NCBI GenBank assembly: GCA_002269645.1
Contig: NIVC01002811.1
Span: 170,578-234,577 of the forward strand
Length of the DNA stretch: 64,000 nt
Origin: Macrostomum lignano
Lineage: Eukaryota
Direction of reading: 5' to 3'
Shown here: positions 49,253 through 64,000 of the stretch, in pieces
Numbering within the stretch: the stretch's first letter is position 1
Layout of the letters: every line of letters begins with the position of its first letter
Notes under the pieces: model-generated
Database searches by the model: none
Seen by the model: only the letters and a program-made list of their open reading frames with translations
What the model was told of the DNA's origin: nothing
Translations under genes and position numbers: made by a program

Positions 49253-49689
49253 TGAGGTGAGAAGTGTCTAAGAGAGAACTGCCTTCTATCAATTCACAGA
49301 TACTAAAATACATTAAAAAAGACACATCGCAATAAAAATCAAAACCAATGAGGGGGCCGCTCGTCTTGCGAGACGGCAATTTACTAATTGTATTTTTGCA
49401 TTAGAGGATGAAGCGCTTGCCATATGCAATGAGTATGGTCTTTGTGAGTCTTACATTACAGTAGCAAGCGACTGATTAGGAAATTATCGCACTATATAAG
49501 TCACTACTACAGGCGCTATATATTAATATGAGTAAGTCGATATCAATCACAGGCAGCCAGCCTAGCCATTGGTATAATTTACAGAAATTGGTAGACTATA
49601 AGATAGAGTTTAGATTTTACTGACATGAAGCCTGCATTAGCAAGTTAGCGAAGCAGGGAAGCAGAGCTCAACAGAAATGAGGAGGAGCC

Positions 49690-50515
49690 GGCGGAGACCG
49701 GGGGGAGAGGGCGGAGACAGGGGGTGAGACAGGGGAAGGGGCGGAGACAGAGGGTAAGACAGGGGAAGGGGGCGGAGACAGAGGGTAAGACAGGGGAAGG
49801 GGGCGGAGACAGAGGGTAAGACAGGGGAAGGGGGCGGAGACAGAGGGTGAGACAGGGGAAGGGGCGGAGACAGAGGGTGAGATAGGGGAAGAGGCGGAGA
49901 CAGAGGGTAAGACAGGGGAAGGGGGCGGAGACAGAGGGTAAGACAGGGGAAGGGGGCGGAGACAGAGGGTAAGACAGGGGAAGGGGGCGGAGACAGAGGG
50001 TAAGACAGGGGAAGGGGGCGGAGACAGAGGGTGAGACAGGGGAAGGGGCGGAGACAGAGGGTGAGACAGGGGAAGGGGCGGAGACAGAGGGTAAGACAGG
50101 GGAAGGGGCGGAGACAGAGGGTGAGACAGGGGAAGGGGCGGAGACAGAGGGTGAGATAGGGGAAGGGGCGGAGACGGGGGGTGAGACAGGGGAAGGGGCG
50201 GAGACAGAGGGTGAGACAGGGGAAGGGGCGGAGACGGAGGGTGAGACAGGGGAAGGGGCGGAGACGGGGGGTGAGACAGGGGAAGGGGGCGGAGACAGAG
50301 GGTAAGACAGGGGAAGGGGCGGAGACAGAGGGTGAGACAGGGGAAGGGGCGGAGACGGGGGGTGAGACAGGGGAAGGGGCGGAGACGGGGGGTAAGACAG
50401 GGGAAGGGGGCGGAGACAGAGGGTGAGACAGGGGAAGGGGCGGAGACGGAGGGTGAGACAGGGGAAGGGGCGGAGACGGAGGGTGAGACAGGGGAAGGGG
50501 CGGAGACGGAGGGTC
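49690..50515. repeat. 30-31-bp G-rich minisatellite just downstream of the LCMT1 stop
   Basis: Unit gagacaggggaaggggcggagacagagggt. Confidence 0.96.
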
Positions 50516-50568
50516 AGTGATAGGCTAGCAGAAGGGCAGTACAAGAGGCTGAGCAGTGGTGGGGGAGG

Positions 50569-52559
50569 TCAGCGAACGCTAGCCAAGCGATTTGCCAAGT
50601 CGGGCTCAGACGGGAAAGGCGAGCTGGCAGCGTAGGCGATGCAGTAGTGCTCCAGCAGCTGGTCGAATCCTTCTCGTTCGTCCAGCATCTCGATGCGCTC
50701 CACCCTAGCCGTGGCCGGCTGCGGCAGGGCCGCATAAACTCGGCGCATCGTCCAGACAGCGGCCGCGGGCCAGCCGGCGCGGAGCAGGCGCTGACGCTGG
50801 GCGTCTTCGCTGGCGCAGGCGGCCGAGCCGGCGAGGTCGCAGCCGCGAGAGCGAAAATTTGATAGCATCACCTCGCCGAAACGGTCGCTGAGATTAACCT
50901 GGCGAATTAGGGATTTAACAAAAACTTTCTATATTTATATAAGTGGAAAATATTGCATTTGCCGATCAAGCCAAATACTCGTAGTTAAAACGGCCCTTTT
51001 AGGGCACAGTTAACTCGTAAAAAGTAGCCAATCGCGAGTAGATTATGCATGAGAATTCTAGACATAATATCCTCTTGACCCACCAAACCAGAAAGGTTAC
51101 TTGACTCTCTCTTCAGACGCTATTGGACATAACTTTCGATACATATCGGCTGACTGAGAAATCGTTACTTTCGATACATATCGGCTGACTGAGAAATAGT
51201 CACTTTCGATACATATCGGCTGACTTACATTGTAGAAATAGTTACTTTTGAATACACATCGCTGACTGAGAAATAGTCACTTTCAATACATATCGGCTGA
51301 TTGAGAAAGAGTTACTTTTGATACATATTGGCTGACTGAGAAATAGTTACTTTCGATACATATCGGCTGACTGTGAAATAGTTACTTTCGATACATATCG
51401 GCTGACTGAGAAATAGTTACATGTACTTTCAATACGCATCAGTTAACCAAAAAATACTTTAGATACATAACGGCTGTTCTTCTCACCTGTTCATAATGCA
51501 GCAAAGCGGATTTAGTAAACTGATTAGCTAATTGAGCCAACAGTTTCTCGCTAGACTCGACAGGCAGGTAAACCAGAACGCATTCGGCTAAGAAAATGGT
51601 AGGCAAGTCTGCATCAAGTCCGCAGCTACTCCGCAGAGTAGACACCACAGCTGCTGGATCGCGCAGATCAGCGGGCACAATGTGATACGGATCAGCGTGC
51701 AGCTCATGCCGATTGTGCACAATGTCAACCTCATCGCCACCGATAGCTTCCAATAATTGCCGATTAGAGGTCACCTGTAGAACTTTGCGGCTAGTGTTGT
51801 CTTGCAGGTCGGCGTCAACCCATTTGCATGGCAACCAGTCGGCCTGGGGCCAGCTAGTGCACAAGCACATGTAGGTTGTGTCAGACCCGGCACCCAGGTT
51901 CACTACCTGTTGTGTGTGACGTAATGGTAGAATTTGAATGGAGTTAATACGACAAGGACCGGTCAATAGAAACGGAAAGTTGGATTTTAACTCTAAAGTG
52001 ACTGGATTTCACAGTGAATGGATTGACAGTGACTGGAGTTCACAGTGACTGGATTTCACAGTGAATGGATTGACAGTGACTGGAGTTCACAGTGACTGGA
52101 TTTCACAGTGACTGGAGTTCACAGTGACTGGAGTTCACAGTGAATGGATTGACAGTGACTGGAGTTCACAGTGACTGGATTTCACAGTGACTGGATTTCA
52201 CAGTGACTGGAGTTCACAGTGACTGGAGTTCACAGTGACTGGAGTTCACAGTGACTGGAGTTCACAGTGACTGGATTTCACAGTGACTACAGTGAACTTC
52301 AGCGAGCTACACAACACACCTGGCATCGGCACCCGACATCTCGCAGCAAGCTGATTAAGATAGCGCGCAGAGCGACTACTCTGGCCCAGTAGCCTCGGCT
52401 GATCTCCGGCGGTTTGCTGGCATCCCCTCCGCCCGCGAAGCCGCCGCCGCCGCGGCTAACCGCAGTTATGAACGGGTCTTCGTAGTAGCCCAGGCGTACG
52501 GCGTGTCGCTTGGAGGCGGCCGCATCGTCGTTAGTCTGCTGTACAACCAGGTCGGACAT
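50569..52559 (-). CDS. LCMT1: Leucine carboxyl methyltransferase 1, 329 aa; exons 52559-52320, 51906-51487, 50898-50569
   Basis: VQQTNDDAAASKRHAVRLGYYEDPF, PEISRGYWARV, QVVNLGAGSDT, PTIFLAECVLVY, HYEQVNLSDRFGEVM and LDEREGFDQLLEHYC are all present. All introns are phase 0. Confidence 0.95.
51125..51430. repeat. ~35-bp minisatellite, LCMT1 intron 2
   Basis: Unit ttactttcgatacatatcggctgactgagaaatag. Confidence 0.9.
51995..52295. repeat. 16-bp minisatellite, LCMT1 intron 1
   Basis: Unit cacagtgactggagtt. Confidence 0.93.
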
Positions 52560-52704
52560 GGCCAGTCAGTTGAGGAATTCACTAGCGGTTGATCGCTGCT
52601 TGGCTATGCAATGCAGCTCTCTGGAGTGCAGTAAAACTGGTTCAGCTTAGTAACACAGCTGCAATACAGCTTGCCTGCTAGGACCTGAAGGATTCCATGA
52701 CCAC

Positions 52705-53760
52705 ATCAAAGCCGGTCCCTAACCCTATCAAAGCCGGTCCCTAACCCTATCAAAGCCTGTCCCCAACCCTATCAAAGCCGGTCCCTAATCCAAACAAAGC
52801 CGGTCCCTAACCCTATCAAAGCCGGTCCCTAACCCTATCAAAGCCGGTCCCTAACCCTATCAAAGCCTGTCCCCAACCCTATCAAAGCCGGTCCCTAACC
52901 CTATCAAAGCCGGTCCCTAACCCTATCAAAGCCGGTCCCTAACCCTATCAAAGCCGGTCCCTAACCCTATCAAAGCCTGTCCCCAACCCTATCAAAGCCG
53001 GTCCCTAACCCTATCAAAGCCGGTCCCTAACCCTATCAAAGCCGGTCCCTAACCCTATCAAAGCCGGTCCCTAACCCTATCAAAGCCGGTCCCTAAACCC
53101 ATCAAAGCCAGTCCCTAACCCCAGCGAAGCCGGTCCCTAACCCCAATGAAGCCGGTCCCTAACCCAAACAAAGCCGGTCCCTAACCCAAACAAAGCCAGT
53201 CCCTAACCCCAGCGAAGCCGGTCCCTAACCCCAATGAAGCCGGTCCCTAACCCAAACAAAGCCGGTCCCTAACCCAAACAAAGCCGGTCCCTAACCCAAA
53301 CAAAGCCAGTCCCTAACCCCAGCGAAGCCGGTCCCTAACCCCAATGAAGCCGGTCCCTAACCCAAACAAAGCCGGTCCCTAACCCAAACAAAGCCAGTCC
53401 CTAACCCCAGCGAAGCCGGTCCCTAACCCCAGCGAAGCCGGTCCCTAACCCCAATGAAGCCGGTCCCTAACCCAAACAAAGCCGGTCCCTAACCCAAACA
53501 AAGCCAGTCCCTAACCCCAGCGAAGCCGGTCCCTAACCCCAATGAAGCCGGTCCCTAACCCAAACAAAGCCGGTCCCTAACCCAAACAAAGCCAGTCCCT
53601 AACCCCAGCGAAGCCGGTCCCTAACCCCAATGAAGCCGGTCCCTAACCCAAACAAAGCCAGTCCCTAACCCCAGCGAAGCCGGTCCCTAACCCCAATGAA
53701 GCCGGTCCCTAACCCAAACAAAGCCGGTCCCTAACCCAAACAAAGCCAGTCCCTAACCCT
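52705..53760. repeat. 22-bp minisatellite containing CCCTAACCC, upstream of LCMT1
   Basis: Unit aaagccggtccctaaccctatc, with variant blocks after about 53100. Confidence 0.96.
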
Positions 53761-54611
53761 TATACTCTTATCTGCAGCTAGCTAAGGTGTGATTGGAATA
53801 AACTAATAAAAAAATGAAGCTAGCAATGTAAGAATTGAAAAATCCAGTGCAGAATCACAATTGCGGCATTTATTTGCATTCGCAAAGTGTTGGCATGCAA
53901 ATTTTAAGAAAACATTTTGTCCAAGGTTAAATAAAACCGAAGCTGACCAAAAAAGTTTATTGTGTTTTATGTTTTCAACAGTCGAAATACTATGCTTGAT
54001 ACTACTTAGTAAGTAGCCAATGCAATGGGGACAGAGCAGCTCAGTGATAAACGCGCCACAACCCCTAGTTCGATCGCATTCATTTGGGGGCTCGTGTGTG
54101 CACGAAGTTTGGCCGGAAGGTTGTCGTGCGATTCACAGCTATGAGGGCCAACCCCAAGCGCTGGTTGCGGGAAGATGTCGCCGAAGGCGTCGCGCCAGGG
54201 TGGCCGCAACCCTCCGGAGAACATTTTTAATACATATTTTTATATTATTAGTAGCTCATCAGCACTTAGGAGACATTATTAAATAAAAAATAAGTGTTTA
54301 GACTGTTGAAAACCCATTGTAAAAAGAAACATGAACACTGGACCTGAACTGGATTAATCTGGAAACAATTAAATACTGACGAGTCCAAGCTTCACTGCAG
54401 AGGATTGAAACTGCCTCAAATACCTTTAGCAACAGTACCTCCGATTGGCAGCAACGCGTGTAAAAAGCAGGGAAGTCTTAGTTACAAACTAAGTGCAGAG
54501 AGTTCAGCAGTGGAAAGGATGGTTAAGCTGTTTGGGATAACTTTAACGATGTTATAATTAAAGTTGGGAGTGCAGATGCGAACTCAGATTGCTTTGGAAT
54601 TTGGAATTATG

Positions 54612-54790
54612 TGCAACCGACAGCTCAGCCGCAGCTATTGCGCGGCGCATCTGAAGGCTGCGTACGGCTGTTCAGTCCAAGGACTGGGGGGTCGCCACGC
54701 ACAGCCTCAATTACCCCAGCTAATGCTGGCACCCATTTTACAGCTGGGTGAACTGAAGCAATGCAGAGTTCAGTGTCTTGCTCAAGGACA
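54612..54790 (-). mobile_element. Head-truncated second copy of the CORE-type SINE
   Basis: About 180 bp nearly identical to 55990-56168. Confidence 0.8.
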
Positions 54791-55343
54791 AAAATTATAT
54801 TGATTTGATTATAAAAGTTAACTTTTATACCTGCTTGAGAAATAAGACTATTTTTAAACAGTAATTTATGACTCAGAAAAATTGTTTTACTGATCTGAGC
54901 ATTTAGATTACAAATAATAAGTTCACAAATAAGGCTGTTTGTGAACTTATTTGCAAAGAAATATTTTTGTATTAACAGTGTACCGAAAACAATAAAGTTA
55001 ATAAAAATCTGACATTATTATTATGCTGATGCAAACTCTGTACAGCATGTACGGAAGCATGAATTGCTAATTAACAATTACTGCAATTACATCTAAAATC
55101 AATCAGCACTAATTAAACCCCCTAGCTAAAATCTTAGTGCAAATTATACAGACAAATCGCTATTGAATACAGAAATATCCCGTTCTGTTCCATTGGCAAA
55201 TAGAAAAATCATGAGAGTAATCTAGCAGAATAAAATAGGCACCGTTTACCGCAATAGAAAATTATTAGTAATCAAACGCGTTATGATTAATTTGCACAGT
55301 AATGATTAGGTTATTCAACGCAGGCCGTGCTTGCACAAGCAGC

Positions 55344-61125
<5,782 letters not shown>

Positions 61126-61989
61126 TGTCTCAAAGATAATATTGCAGTGATTAGGATGTTATGCTGCAATATTTCATTATTGTTTCAATAACTGAGTGAA
61201 AAATGCATTTGAAGCTTTAAGGTATAAAAAGCAAAAATTTAGCTTGCATTCAAATTCTAGTTTGTAATTAGCTGCTATATAGAGTATTCATGCAATTTTT
61301 TTGCTTAAAACACATTCTAGAAAAATATAGTTTTGCAAGTGTTATAAATTAAATGGTTTAAAAATGATGACAATTTAATATATACATGGAATATACTAGT
61401 CAATAAATAAAAATAAACACAAATTATTTTAATTACAAATTATTAAATATTGGATATACTTTTAAATAAAAAGGTAAGTTTGAGCTTTATTCAAGGATTT
61501 CAATAGCAACAAATTAAATTTGGAATTGTTAGAAGATATAAATTATAACAAAATTAGTTCAAAAATGGTAGTATAGATAAATGAGAAGTTGAATAGAAAT
61601 GAATAAATGTATAAACTATTATATCATTAGAAAGATTTGCTAAAGTTACAACTATAGCTATAGTATATTATGGCAACAATGGCAAAATAGATACCTTATA
61701 TAGTTTAATTATAATGCTGTTATAAATAAAACAGAATTTTAAAGCTTTGATAACCTAAGCAAGCTAGTGCCCTCTTTGGGGTGGCCAATAAGAAAGAAAC
61801 AGAAACTATTTATGCAAATCTATAAACCCCACATTTTGTTAAGAACCAATTCCTTGTTCAGTTTTATAATCACCTTATTTGAGTAAAATTATCACAGACA
61901 AAGATGTTTGCTATTAATCTCTTTTTTCTAAAAGTAGCAAAAGAACATAACAAAATAAAGCCTTCTAAAGATAGCAAGCATTCCCAATT

Positions 61990-62270
61990 TCACCTATATA
62001 GTAAGCATCCTCCCAAATAGCAAACATCCCCTAGATAGCAAGCATCTCCCAGATAGCAAGCATCCTAAATAGCAAGCATCTATATAGCAAGCATCCCTAA
62101 ATAGTAAACATCCCTAGATATCTAGCATCCCCTAAGCAAAAAGTACCCCCTTTCCCAAATGCAAGCATCTTCCAATAGTAAACATCCCTTAGATAGCAAG
62201 CAACCCCAAGATAGCAAGTGCCTCCCAGATAACAAGCATCTCTTAGATAACAAGCATTCCTCCTAATAGC
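61990..62270. repeat. Degenerate short-period repeat (tagcaagcatccc)
   Basis: Recurring motif with irregular spacing. Confidence 0.65.
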
Positions 62271-64000
62271 AAGCAAATCAAATAGATTTATATTTCTTTT
62301 TTTCTCCCTTTCTCTAGCTTTTAAAGTCAGTTTGCCAATTGTGCATGAAGTAGTTATGATATAATCAGTTTCTTAGTTGGTCAATATCAGTCTCAATTAA
62401 AAACAAATTGGTTGAACACAATCAAAATCAAATTGCATGCTATACTTCGACACTATGCTTTCAATATTGACTATTTAAGTTAGAGTCACTATATTACAAT
62501 TCAATTGTGATGCAATCTTTATCAAAATAAGATTTAAACCATGATACATGTACAAACAATAAAGAGTGAGAGGGAAAAAGGCAGAGAAAAAGAGAGTGGA
62601 AAGAGAAAGAGAAAATGGAAAAGACAGAGAGAAAATATAAAGAAAAGAGAAGGAAAGCAAATACTAGTTTTTTCATTGTGCATAAAAAATCAAAAGACTG
62701 AGTGATTGGTACTAAAATGCTTTAGGAATGGAATGGAATAGCTAAGTTTACTATATCTACAAGCCATTAGGTTGCTAATTAAAACCTAAAATTAGAAAAA
62801 GCACATAAAATTACAAATATTATCTATTAAGATAGACAAATCTTAGAAATTTAGTATATTGTGATAAGCACTCAAACATTAGAAAATCAAAAGTGCTAGG
62901 AAAAGGATAATGCATTGTACTCGTATGCCATAGAAATTCATTTTCTAAGGGAAAGCATATGCTCTTGATATTGCGAACTCTTACTACCCATATGCATAGG
63001 GGTTCAGTTTTAGTTTTTCTTCTTGCATGGGATAATTTATTAGTAATTAATAAAATGACTAAGGTTTAAGACCATTTCATTGGCTAAGTTGACAAATCAA
63101 ACAAAGAAAACTAAAACTAAGTTGAAAAATGGCAAAATGCCAGTTGATAGAATGACTAAGGCCCATATTACATTATTACTTAACCTGTAACTAAAAGATA
63201 AAAAATAAGCCTCTAAAAAGATATAAAACTCAGATTTATAATTTTAAACCTATTTCCTAAAAAACACACAATAGAAATACAGACTCAAATAAAATCTAGA
63301 CGCTAGCCCTTAGTAGACCAAGATAGGTCTACTCAAACACATTTTGAATAGGTTTTATTATTTAATTATTAATTAAATAATTTAATAATTTAATTTAAAT
63401 AATTTAATTAAATAATTTAATTATTAAATATATAAGTTCTATTATTAATATTATAGAATTAATCAAATTAAATCATTAGATATGGCTATTCTTTTAATTT
63501 TTTATATTTTATTGCTAAGGTAATAGGCCTATGCTCAACTGGGTTTATTATAGGGCTTATACTATATTTACACTATCTAGAGCTCTAAACAAATAGCCAA
63601 TAAGGAATATAAGACAATTTGATAACAGACAATTCTGTAATAGACAATTTGGTAATAAGTTGAATGCTATTTGTAATTTTTTTAATATATTTATATTTAA
63701 TATACAAGTATAATATACTTTAAATGATGTGATTTAATTATCAATTATTTAATTAATCTAGGCCTACCCTGATAGAGATTAGAATAATATTGCATAAGCC
63801 TACCTAGAAATTAAGTCATCCTAGAATTAGAAAGCAAAATTTTGCTTAAGAGTGCCAAAATGAATACCTGTTATATCAAAATGATTGCTTGTAGTACTAA
63901 AATGAATGTCTGCACCTGCGGCACTAAATTGCTAAAATGATTTTTAGGGTGTAAGACCAAGATGGCCACACACCAAGATGGCCACAGCTGAGGTGGGGGT

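Noticed and set aside
61130-64000. Genes in the AT-rich flanks (also 5.6-7.3 kb and 24.3-25.1 kb)
   Set aside because: Only short low-complexity ORFs are present, with no recognisable motifs or exon-like composition.

Overview
Eukaryotic (animal) genomic DNA. GC-rich exons and introns stuffed with minisatellites resemble a free-living flatworm such as Macrostomum; this is an inference from sequence style only. I reconstructed nine spliced protein-coding genes by hand from GT/AG junctions and reading phase: a 5'-partial KCNQ1-like K+ channel (+), HYI (+), a DEG/ENaC channel (-), DNAAF11/LRRC6 (+), and five consecutive minus-strand genes (SLC66A1/PQLC2, LCMT1, swiss-cheese/NTE PNPLA6/7, PLEKHM2/SKIP and a divergent alpha/beta-hydrolase-like gene). 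About a third of the window (roughly 22 kb by my tally) consists of about 39 different tandem arrays, mostly one private array per large intron. Most long ORFs in the supplied track are artefacts of these arrays. Mobile elements include two P-superfamily-like MITE families with 8-bp TSDs and a tRNA-headed CORE-SINE. The most interesting signal is that three genes (HYI, NTE, the hydrolase-like gene) have no in-frame ATG. Each begins exactly at a phase-0 3' splice acceptor 1.9-2.6 kb downstream of a same-strand neighbour. This fits a start codon donated by the 3'-terminal AUG of the flatworm spliced leader, possibly in operon-like units. Two genes also need one extra base to stay in frame; in the DEG/ENaC gene this falls on a phased A_AAA_AAG heptamer. 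Repeat boundaries are approximate to about 10-20 bp.
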